This document shows, piece by piece, positions 24,901 through 36,700 of a stretch of 64,000 bases of DNA. Made by a program: the position numbers and the translations under genes. Origin of the DNA: Oikopleura dioica (Eukaryota > Animalia > Chordata); NCBI GenBank assembly GCA_907165135.1, contig OU015566.1, positions 8,122,001 through 8,186,000 of the forward strand, in the 5' to 3' direction. The first letter of the stretch is position 1. Each line of letters opens with the position of its first letter. The notes under the pieces were generated by a model, which saw nothing but the letters and a program-made list of their open reading frames with translations, ran no database searches and was not told the DNA's origin.

Positions 24901-27900
24901 TCAAAAACCAGAGCCCGCAGAGTATAAAACTGTATTTGATTACAGCAGACCGTCTCCTTACGATCAGGATATTGTTGATTCTGAAGTCGAAAAAGTAGAA
25001 CCGGTAATGAAAGAAGTCTTCGAACAAGAACCTGAATCAGCTGTGTCCGAGGAAAAGGAATACTCAACTGTTTTTGATTACAGCAGACCAACTCCTTACG
25101 ACCAAACTGTCGTAGACTCAGAAGTCGAGAAACCCAAAGAGGAAGAAAGTAAAATCCTCAACGATTTGAGTAGCGCGACTCCTGATCAAGAGAATGCTGT
25201 TAACCCTGAAGTGTCAACAGAAGAAGAAAGAAACCCCATTGCAAACTACAAGGTTGTCTTTGACTACAGCAGACCGTCGCCATTCGACCAAGAAATCGTC
25301 GACTCCGAAACTGTGAAAGATGAATCCGAAGTAGAACATGTTCCTGTTTTTGATTACAGCAGACCGGCGCCTTTCGACTATGAAGTCGTTCATTCGGAGA
25401 CTGATAAGGATGATAAGTCCGTTGAGGAGGAAGCTCAAGATCTCCAAAATAATGACGAGTGTGAATATGAAGCTGAAAATACTGAAACTGTCGAAGTTGC
25501 TCAACCTGAAGGGAAACCTATCCAAGAAATTTCTCTCGCTGAAGACTTTGAGGATCCAGTCGCCCCTGTTCCCATTTACGACGCAGTTGACCTCGAAAAC
25601 AACGATGAACCATTTGAAGTCATCGAACAAGAGTATATCCCCGTTTATGACTACAGCCGACCCGCTCCAGCTGGTGATCTCATTATGGTCAAGCAAGATG
25701 AGTCTGGAACGAAAATTTTCATTCCTGAGATCGGAACTGATGAGATAAACGTAAAGACAATCGATTTGGAAAACAAACAGGAGGAAATTGATGAACCTGT
25801 TTCGGCCGAAAGCATTGAGCCTGAAATTGACCGTCCAACTGCAGAAAATGTTGAGAACTTTTTCCGCTCTATCTCAAGAGAGAACATCAATGAGGCTGTC
25901 GAGAAAGAGTGTCCACTTGATAAGATCGCGCATCAGCTGTCACTTGACGTTGATGTTGACCAAGTTCCTGAACCAAAAGAAGAAATCTACAAAGTAAAAG
26001 AAGAAAGAAATGATGAAGACATTGATCGATTCGCATCTGAAATGGTCAAACAAGTTCTTGCTTCGGATGATTTGCTTGAGTCGGACAAAGAAACTGAAGA
26101 AAACGAAGAAAACAAGCCTCAAGAAACGGAGTCAACCTTGAATGAAAATAAGCTCTCCGTCTCAGTAGAGAAGGTACGAGAAGACGACAACGAGGAAAAG
26201 AAATCTGAACCTCCAACTCCAGATGTAGAAGTGTGGGAAATTGATAACGAGTTTTATGTTTACGAAAAACGAAAAGTTGAGAAATATCTCGAACCCGAAA
26301 AAGAGAAAGAAACAGAAGCAGAGCAGGAGTCTGAGGCCGCGACCAAACAAGAACCTGATAATTTTACAAGCGAAAAAACTGAGGATGCTGAGGAGCTTTA
26401 CGCAGAATCATCAGCCGACGAATCTTCTGCTGACGAAGAACCTGCAAAGCGCGTGTCTTTTTCCGATAGACCAGCAGAACTTATCGGTACACAAGTAATC
26501 CCGACTGAAACTATTCCAGATCTTCCTCCGGTTGACGAAAAGCCTTCTTCTGAAGTCGTTGCTGGGCTTGAGAAAGAGGAAGAAACTCCAACCTTTGAAT
26601 ACAGCATGTCGCCAGAAGTAAAAGATGAGCAGCCTGTCTTTGATTTGAGTGAGCCTTCATCTGCTCAATTTGAACAGCCAGAAATTGTTCAAAAAATTGT
26701 CGAGGGCATCGTTCAAACTCGAGAACTTGATGAGCAAGAACCAGTTGGCGCGGTAATTGAAAATGTCATCAAAAAAGAAGCAACGGATTTGGATACTCAG
26801 CGAGACTTGGAAAATAACGATGAGCTTGACTACAAAAATGAAGCTCCAGCGGCACTCAAGATCACAGAACCCGAAGTTATTGCAACTGAAGACATCATTG
26901 ACACTCGTAAACTAGATGAGCAGGATGTTGTTGAAGAAGAAGTCGAGGCTGTCCAAGAAGAACCAGACCTTGAAAACAATGATGAAAAAGAATACGTTCC
27001 TGTCTTCGACTACAGTCGACCAGCACCCCAAGAAGATTTGGATACTGAAAGAGATTTGGGAAATAATGACGAGATTGACTATGAAAATGAAACTCCAGCT
27101 GCACTCAAGATCACAGAACCCGAAGTCATTGCAACTCACGATATTCCCGAAACTCGAAAACTTGAAGAGCAGGATGATGTCGCGGAAGAAGTCGAGGCTA
27201 CCTTAGATGAACCAGACCTTCAAAACAATGACGAGAAAGAATACCTCCCCGTATTTGACTACAGTAGACCAGCAACTATTCCTAAGGAAGAGACTCGATC
27301 GGGTGAAGAGATCAACATTCTTCAAGAAGAAGACGAAATTCAAGAAGAGAAGCATCAATTGGATTCCTCTGACCTTCAAAACGAGGATGAAGATGATCTT
27401 GAAGAACCAGAATCACTCGAACATCTAACACAAGATCAAGTCGAAAACTTTTTCAAGTCTGTATTCAAGCCCCCTGTTCAATCTGAAGAGCCTACTGAAC
27501 CCGAAGAGGAATTGTCACTATCTGATGAAGAGAGAGCCCTCGAGGAGGAAATTCGAAAAGCGCAAGAGTTAGAACAGCTGGAGCGACAACTAGACACTCT
27601 TGAAAACCAGTACCTCGATGGTGAAGAGGCAAAAGTAGCTTTACCACGAGATGTAGAAACTTTTATTGAAAAACTTCGAGCAACAACGCCACCTCCTCCA
27701 AAAGAGCCAACCCCTGAGCCGCCAAAAGAGCCGACACCTGAGCCTCAAAAAGAAGCAACACCGGAGCCTCCAAAGGATCCAAAAGACATGACTTTGGACG
27801 AGCGATTGAAAATGATCAACAAAGATGTCCTCGAGCTGCTTGAACCAGCTGATGTCCCTGTTTCCACAGTTAAAGATGAAGAAGTCGAGCGTTCCTTCGG

Positions 27901-30047
27901 ATGCCGTGTTGAAAGCGAGCCGAAGCTCGAGCTTACCCCAGAACCCGCTGAAATTGAGCTCCAACCAGAAATTGAACTTGAGCCCGAAGTTGTTCTTGAA
28001 CCCGAAGTCGAAGAAGAGTCTCAACCGGATGAAAAACGATCCAAACTCGACAATGAAATCACATCCGTATACAGTGAATACAGCACGGCAAAGAACAAGA
28101 AGCAGCTGGAAAGCTTCTACGCTGTAAAACTTGGCGATGAAAGCCCAAAGGTTGTTCTCCCAAAGTAAAGGGATGATAACTAATTCATTCATTTATTTTC
28201 ATATTATTTGACCATTCACATCGCTAACTAAACTAATTTGATTTCATCCTTCTCACAGCCCTTCACAAAGAAAAAGAATTAACACGGAACACGTGACTAT
28301 TATTGAAAACGCGCATGTTCCACATTTTTACTACCTCTTTCATCACAGTTTACTTGTAAATATATTTAACCAATAAACCATTCTAACATCCCATGTTCTC
28401 ACTTATCAATCAACTATTTTCTATGAGAATCATCCCTAGCAGGAGGACGAGGATCAGGCTGAACTTGAGCTTGAATGTCAAGAAATACCGTCATCCGATA
28501 ATCTTGAAGATCCAGAGACAACTCCTACTAAATCAGCTGTACCAGTTCAAGTTCAACTTGATGTTGACGTAGACACTATCGAAGAGGAAGACGAGGAGGA
28601 TGAAGAGCCAGAATCTGAACTTGTCGCTGAGGAACAAGTTGTCTCTAACCAAACCAGCGTGCACTTACTGACCGATTCTCAAAATGAATCTTTGAAAACT
28701 GAACTAACACAAATTGATGCTCTTCAGGAATCAGAACCGCAAGCAACCGCAACTGAAGAAGAAGTCAAACCAGAAGTCATCGAACCCGCTTATGAAGTTT
28801 CAGAAGCGCCAATTACAGCGCGAGATGACTTTATTCAGCCTCAAATGGAAAAACAGGATTCTGAAGAAGTCTCGGAAGAGATCGTAGCAGATAGCGTGAC
28901 TGACAAGAGCATTGAATTCGAAAACGAAGAGGAGCAATCGGAGGATAAATCTGAAGAAACTGAAGATAAGTCGCAAGAAACTGTCGTTGAAGCACCATTT
29001 GTCACTCCCAAAGTCGCATTCTCAGAGCCAGAGATTCCAAAAAGCGTTGGATTTGCTGAACCGGAGCCTGTTGTTGAACTACAGGTTTGAAAAGATCAAA
29101 AATATCGATACTAAAATATTTTGAAGGGAGATTTCGAGTCTTCGTTCATCGATCGGATCGCCGAAGAAATGATAAACTCCATCATTCTCGAGGCAACAAG
29201 AATCGTTGAGATCGACCAGCAAAACGATACTTCTGAAAAGGACGATTCCGACCCTTTCCAGGTTTCTCAGAGCTCGAAAATCTCCATCGAAGACAACATC
29301 GACGACGATATCAGCATTCCAACTGATGACGAGCTCGAGCACGTCTCTGATGATGAAATCAAAGTCCGTCAGCTTTCAACTGACTCTACTGACGAGCTTC
29401 TCAATGTTCCATCGCCACTTGGTAAAGAAAATTTGACGATCCGGTCTAATCGATTCTAGCGCGACCAGATGAACCATCACCGACCGTCATGACTCCAGCT
29501 GTTCTCAAAACCCCGGATTCGCAAACTTTTTTCCCGGAGAACGATCAATCCTCAGAGCCTGGTGACAATATTTACGATTTCGTTGAAGGTACCAGTAAAA
29601 AATCTCACTTTTGTCAACATGAATTTCAGACGAGCTCGAGCCAGGAGATGACATTCACGGACTCATTGATTCTGCTAGAGCCTCTCGGGAAGCGTCGTTG
29701 AAGGGTTCTCAGCGATCAATTAACAAGTTGGTTCAGTCCATCGACGATGATGTCCCGGACATCTATTCAAAACGTAAGATCAACAAATACTAAAGAAACT
29801 TCAATTTCTAGCTGACCGACCATCAACTCCAGAAAGAATTGTTGACCAACTCCAGGACGAAGCCTCAAAAGCCGAAGAACCTGTGACAATCGCTAGAAAA
29901 TCCTCAATTTCTGTCTCAATGGAAGCTTTGGAACGAGAAGGAAGCCCAACACGAGTGGAAATTAACGTTGCTCAGCAGTCTCCTCAAATCTTGAAGCACA
30001 CAATAAATGTTGGTTTCAAAAAAGATCCCAAAAATGGAATGGTATAA
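21916..30047 (+). CDS. Giant acidic (E/D/P-rich), repetitive, probably disordered protein; start not identified
   Basis: A 1545-aa ORF within a ~4.9-kb exon (about 23257-28164), flanked by similar-composition exons from ~21916 and 28440-30047. Contains DYSRP, DLENND and PPKEPTPE repeats. Confidence 0.75.
26786..27280 (+). repeat. 249-bp (83-aa) tandem duplication within the coding exon
   Basis: gatttggatact starts at both 26786 and 27035; the two units DLDTQRDLENND...FDYSRPA and DLDTERDLGNND...FDYSRPA align without gaps. Confidence 0.9.
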
Positions 30048-30227
30048 ATATTTGAAACCATATAAAGATCAAGCGAACCGATTCCGCTGACAAAGAATAG
30101 AAGATTTTGATGAAGACTTAATTATTTATATAAAACCTTCCCTTATTGTCTTTTCGAATAAATGATGAAAATCTTAAATTTGAGTTCTCTTCAAATATCA
30201 AGATCGGGTGTGATAAATTTGGCTGGC

Positions 30228-30234
30228 TATAAAA
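30228..30234 (+). promoter_or_regulatory. Candidate TATA box of the RING gene
   Basis: ctTATAAAAgag-type match (tataaaa) in GC-flanked context, 40 nt upstream of the ATG at 30268. Confidence 0.45.
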
Positions 30235-30267
30235 GAGCCTCCTTTCGGGTCCATCTTCATTCAAATT

Positions 30268-31103
30268 ATGAATCTCACAATGGATTCGGAAGACGAAAAA
30301 GAGATGAAGTTTAAGTTTGCTTCGCAGCCAATTGAATGGTCACCGGAGAACTTCCTGTGTTGCATTTGCAAAGGACCACTGCTTGATCCCAAGTTTACAC
30401 TTTGCTGCAAGAAATATCTTTGCTATAATTGTTTCACAACGAAGACAGACGAGATTATGTATAATAATAGAGTCGGAGTCAATGATAATTTATACTTCAC
30501 TGCAATGGTGAAATATCCTTGCTGCGACGAAACGTTTTTAGTAGAAGCTGATGATTTTTATAAACATCATGTTCTGGGGGAGAAAATTAAGCTTGGAGAA
30601 CACTTCTACAATTTCGCCATGGATCGTATAATAGAGAACCCATCGGAGTTCTTTTTGAATAAGTTGAATCAGACGACGTACAAATGTTCACTGCCAGATT
30701 GTCAGGTAAACTTCATCGATTCGCTAAAAGTTTTGAGAAATCAAATTCAGACCACTGTCAAGTATCCTAATCTTAAAAAGCACGAGGAATACGGATGCTC
30801 AAGAATATACAGGTAGATTTTAGAATGAAGCTTCATAAGAGTGAAAATATTTAGGTGTATCGGATGTGCTGAAGTATTCAAAGTCTCCGACAAACATGCT
30901 TGCGCTGAAATACTGAAATTGAAAATCAAGAACGCAGCAGTTTCATTGATGAGACAAAAAATAGAAGTGCAGAAGTTTTACAACAAGTTTTTCGCGAACT
31001 TCCAGTTTATATACAAGAGGAATTTGTCTTCGAGATCAACTTTGATGAATTAATGCCGGAAGAATTCCGAAATCTGTTTGATGACCGATGGAAAATGAAC
31101 TGA
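30268..31103 (+). CDS. RING-finger protein with TRAF-like zinc finger
   Basis: CCICKGPLLDPKFTLCCKKYLCYNC...YPCC (RING-like), followed by CSLPDC...KKHEEYGC and CIGC...HAC. Confidence 0.7.
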
Positions 31104-31488
31104 GAATACCCTTTTGATTGAAAAATTACCTTGCTTTCTTTGCATTATAAACTTATTGTCAAAAATTCTGACTCAAAACTGAAATTCATCTATTTTCGAA
31201 GCTTATTTATAAACTGTATAAATTGTTAAATAAAAGTCAACTTATTGAGCTTCAACATGAGAGCACTAGAATTCTCTTCCATCGAAAGGCGAAATTCCCA
31301 CGCGCGCCTTCGCGCCCCAGATCGAACCAATCGTATTTGAGACTCATTCATCGCCGTGAAAAAAATCCAAAAGCGGAGTCAACATTGAAATCTTGCATCA
31401 GAGGCCTCCCACTTTATTGAGAATCTGTTACAGTAGTTCGCAGTTTGTTAGAAGAAAAAGTGTTAATAATGCTCTTTCCAAGAGAAAA

Positions 31489-33560
31489 ATGCCGAGATTG
31501 TCGGGAATCCGGTTTTCGAAATCGCCTGCAGCCCTTCGGGCTCAATGGTCTAAAGGTATTTATTCTGCTTCATATTACACTCTCTTTATTTCCATTCAAG
31601 CCGTGCCCGTCAAAGACCTCCAGCAAATCATCGACCACGACAATCACGAAATGCGCGCTAATTTCCGCGAATTTTTGAAGCAAGACACATTTCGCCCAAA
31701 ATATGCGATTACTCTCAATGAAGAGCGCCAACTTGCTTTGGATCGGCTTCAGATGGTCTGCTCAAATGACTTTTTGTCCGTCAGGGACTTTGCCACCAAC
31801 CCACATCGAATTTTCGCCGCTCACGAGTTGATGGCAATGATCGATCCAGCTACCACCACGAAAATGACTGTTCAGGTAAATTAATAAATGATCTTTCCCT
31901 TACTTTGACGACCATGTTCTTTATTCAATTCTTAGTTCAACTTATTCGGAGGAACCGTCTTCCGCCTCGGAACTGAGCGCCACCACCACCTTCTCGATGG
32001 AATCGACAATTTGACGGACATCGGTTGCTTTGGCTTGACAGAAGTTGGCTTTGGGAACAACGCTGTAGAGATGGAAACCACTGCTGTTTACAATAAAGAA
32101 GACGACACAATCACCATCAACTGCCCTACAGAGCTCTCACACAAGTACTGGATTACCAACGGCGCTCTTCATGCTCAGCACTGCGTTGTTTTTGCCCAGC
32201 TCAATGTTGATGGAGAAAATCACGGTGTTCATGCTATTCTTGTTCCCATCAGAGACGGTGAGATCTTCCTCCTTTTTTCCTTCAATAATTCTCTTTAGGA
32301 GTCGCTGGAGCACCCCTAGAGGGATGTACGATCAACGACATGGGTCACCGAATGGGATTAAATGGCGTTGACAACGCCTTACTTTCGTTCAAAAACGTAA
32401 AAGTTCCAAGAACGAATCTTCTCAACAAATATTCCGACATTGACGAAAACGGAAAGTTCCACTCAGCGATCAAATCAAAACGCGGTCGATTCCTCTCCGT
32501 TGCCGACCAGCTTCTTTCCGGTAGAATTTGCATTGCCGCCATGTCTCAGGGCGGCGCGAAAGCAGCGCTTTCCGTCGCAGTTCGATATGCAATTACTCGA
32601 CTTACAGTGGGTCCGACGGGCAAGTCTGACTTCCCAATAATGAAGTACCAGCTTCAGCAACGAGCGATTGCCCCTCTTCTCGCTCGAACAGTTTCTCTTG
32701 GCATCGCCCTCGACGATGTCAAAGACGAATGGTTCAAGATCAACTCAGAAGAGATCGAAGACAAGGTCAGGGTGATGAACATGGTCACGGCTTGCTGCGT
32801 CATCAAGCCTCTTTGCTCCTGGAACTTGGAAAGAACGGCTAGCATTGCTCGTGAACGATGCGGCGGTGCTGGTTATCTTTCTTGCTCAAGATTTGGCACG
32901 ATGATTGGCCTTGCTCACGCTGCCATGACTGCTGAAGGCGACAACTCTGTTTTGATGAACAAGGTGGCCAAAGAGCAGCTCGGCCTTTTCAAGCCAAGAA
33001 AAGTCGTCGTTCCGGAATTCGATTTGAAATCAAATGAGTTTATCCATGCGTTGATGGAGGCAAACGAAGTCAACAAGTTCATGGCTCTTGGTGGCGAAAT
33101 GATGAAGGCTGGCAAGGGCGCTATATTCGAAACCTGGTCGCTCCTCAATCAGGATCTTGTACAAGCAGCAGCTCATGCGTACGGAGAGAGAATCGTTTCA
33201 GAATCTATGATCAATGCTATCGCCAAGAATCCTGCTGCTGCGGACGTCTTGGACGCTATCTACAAGGTAAAAGACGTCAAAAACTATCTCAAATTGAAAT
33301 TGTACTTCTAGCTTCATGCCGTGAACACGATTCAAAACAATCTCTCAGACTTGATCCTCTCCGGCCTTCTTTCAGTTGACAATGCTCAAGCTGTCCGCGA
33401 CGAATTCAACTCTCTTGCGGCTTCAGTTTCGGAGCTTTCTCCCGACATTTGCGAGTCCTTCGGAATCCCCGAAGAGCTACTTAGCGCTCCCATCGCCCGA
33501 GATTGGCATGAGTTTAATCAGTATGATAACCGTGGTGAAGTTCAGCCGGGCGTTTTTTAA
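31489..33560 (+). CDS. Acyl-CoA oxidase family protein (ACOX3/ACOXL-like)
   Basis: [61 protein letters not shown] and TAEGDNSVL are acyl-CoA oxidase motifs; four short introns. Confidence 0.9.
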
Positions 33561-33776
33561 CCACACTCGTTTAAAAAAATGGGGATTCGTTCTATTCAAT
33601 TATTTATACGAAAAAGACAAAAAATAATCTGTTCTACTGAAGCAAAAACTTACGAAATACCGGTAGTCACAGAATTACCTACATTTATACCTTTTTCTGT
33701 GCAGAGTACAGACAATATCATTATTTATTCAAGCGTTCAAAAAACGGTATCTGATGAAAATTGTTCTTCAGATAAA

Positions 33777-36700
33777 ATGTCAGATACCGAGGATGAACCA
33801 AGTAGCCAAGAAATAATTGAAGAAGAAGTCGGGGAGGAAATGGAAGTTGTGGACGCGAAGGAGGCGGAAGGAGGCAATGACAAGGGCTCAGATTCCAGCG
33901 AAGATTCAGACGAGGACGAAGAGTACGAAGTCGAGAGTATTCTTCAATCGAGGTTCGTGAAGAAGAAAAAACAGTACCTGGTCAAATGGGTCAATTACTC
34001 CGACGAATGGAACACGTGGGAACCGATGGAGAACTTGGAAGGAAGTCAGGACTTAGTCGCAGCGTTTGAGAAGAAAGAAGCGGAGAAGCTGAAAAAAGAA
34101 GAGAGCGAAAAAGCTGCGGCGCTAGAGCGAAGAAAACAAGCGAAGGCGGAGCGCGAGGCGAAGCGAAGAGAGCGCGAAGCTGAAAAAGAAGCAAAGCGCG
34201 CAGAAAGGGCTAAGAAAGAAGCCGAGAAGCCAAAAAAGGAAATTAAAATCAAAACCGAAGGCAAGAAAAAATCACGTGCGATTATTTCCAGCTCTGAGTC
34301 TGAAGATCCCAGCGACGACGAAAAGAAATCTTTCGAAAAACCAAAACCAGTAGCAGTGAAAAATGAAAAGAAAAAGGAGTCTGACGCTGAGAGGCGAAAG
34401 AAGGAGCGAAAACAAGAAGCGAAAAGAAAAGCGCTCAAAGAAAAGAATGAGTTCCGACGAATGGAGCTTGAAGCTGAACGAAGGAAGAATATGACTAACG
34501 GAAGGGATATGATATTTTTATCGATATCATATGAAAAACAAGGGTGAAAAATATACGAAAATATACTAAAATATATAATAGAATCTTGTATTGCATGAAA
34601 AATCAGCCACCCACGAACTTTAATGTTCATGAATCTGATTGGCTTATATTTTAAACGCTGGTTTTTGATTGGATAAATTCAAATCAAATCCCGCAAAAGC
34701 TTACAAAAATCCTGGTCATGGGAAGGATGACGTAAGAGCACCTACTCCGGAAGTACCTCCGGAGATTCAAAGGTACGGGAAAAAATAGTAAACCAATAAA
34801 CTATTAGGAATGATATCAGTAGATTGAGTTCTACTGATACAATGTGTATGTGTGTTATTGTCAATTTTATTTTGAAATCCGGATATTTACATTTGTGGTT
34901 ATAGCGAGCGAACTGAACCTGAGCCTAAGTCGACGGAGGAGGTCACGCTGAGATTTCTTTTCGGATGCGACAAAGAATCTTATGGGTGGCAGGTGTGTTG
35001 GATGGTCATGAAAGTGTTTGTTTTGTCTAGGAAAGAGCAGGGCACCATTTTTCATTTCTCAGGCATTTTAGTGGAACAAGGCATGATTTAGTAAATTCGC
35101 GCAATAAATATTCGTAAACAGTTCAATTTTTGCAGTAAAATTGATAGAAGAGCAACTTCCATTTACTTAGATCTCTATCGAAGCGGAAATTGGTTTCCTG
35201 GGAGACACAACCTGTACGGATCGCGATTCGGGCGATTTTAAATACGTATTTTTAATCCATTGATTGATTAAATTTTATTGCAAAATCAAATGGATTTAAA
35301 TAAGCTCGAATAGTGGATTTATTGCATATTTTTCGACACTTTTTCTGAATAAATTACCCACTTAGTGCATTGAATTGGCAAGCATCATTTCATTACAGTC
35401 AGATTTCGTTTGACCTCGTTATTTAGCTTCCTCGAGTTGCAGACGAGTTCTCGCGTAGCAAGCTTGTCAAAGTTCAAAAGAAAGTCAAATGCAATGTGCT
35501 GAATTCAATGACTGTTTCAAATATTCCTCCGTCTGAAAAGGAATGGATTCATTTTTGTCGTGGATTCACTACTGCTTAATATGATATTATACACTATAAT
35601 ATTATATTAAATATATCGCAACAGTGACTCCCAAGCGCGTTAATTATGTATATCCAATGACAGTCAAAGTTTTCACATGGCGAAACACTTGTTGAACTAA
35701 CTGGAACTTCGACCAATCTTTCAAATACTGTTATAGCGGTGATGCGTGACTTGGTAAATCATCGCAAGAATTTACCTAAGTATCGACAGGTGCGGTAGTA
35801 TTACAGTAGTGTCGCGTTCATCAGTTTTTTAGGCGGAAAGTAAACATTTGGTTCTCAGTGTTATCATCCGCCATGAATTTTGGGAAAGTGTGTTCGGCAA
35901 AGGCAACGTCGAATTCCAAGGTCAGCGCTCGCTCTAACCACAAATCCGGGATTTTTTTTATCAAAACAAAACTTATTTTGATCTCTTAGGTTTTCAAAAG
36001 CAATGTTTTTCAAAACTCGCTTGTGGACTGGATCTTCCAGATTCCACGGAACGCTTGGTGCATATTCAGGGAGATGACGCTGGCTTGGCTGTCAGTGTTC
36101 GTCGGATTGCTAATAAGCTTATAAATGCATATGGCAATAACTTGGAAAACGCAAACGTAAGATTCAATTTATCGATCAAACTTTACTGTCTTTTCTAGGC
36201 TGACATTTACGAACCATACCAGCCTCGTTGCTATACCTCCAACGGCGTCCAGCGGGAGTATATTCTTTCAAAAATTGAAGCTGCTCCAGAAGAGAGTCGT
36301 CTTTCAATCCTAAGCACAATCACCAGTGGAAGTTGCGAGGTAGCTCTGGCACACCAGGAAGAAAATGACGACCATCTGGATGACTTGACGTTAGCCCCAC
36401 ATCCTGGCTTTAACTTTATACTAACGGGGAAACCAAGCTGCATCTCAATCATGAAATACTATCTTGTCGAAGACGGAATTATGACGAACCACAGCTTGAG
36501 CAAGCGACAGCTTGAAATCGTCAAGGAGGAAAAAGAGAGATTCGATCGACAGAAAGAGGCTGAAAATTTGAGCGTTGACGACGCGTGCTTTTACTCCCTT
36601 TCCAATCTCGCGTGCGATAAGACGGTGAATATTTATGGCCTCGTCGGAGACTTCGATTCTGCCGCTATTTCCGAGCATATGGCGCAATTTGGTGCGGTGG

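Noticed and set aside
24470-27280. CRISPR-like array suggested by recurring gattacagcagacc units
   Set aside because: Eukaryotic coding exon; the repeats vary at synonymous positions and are irregularly spaced; no cas genes.
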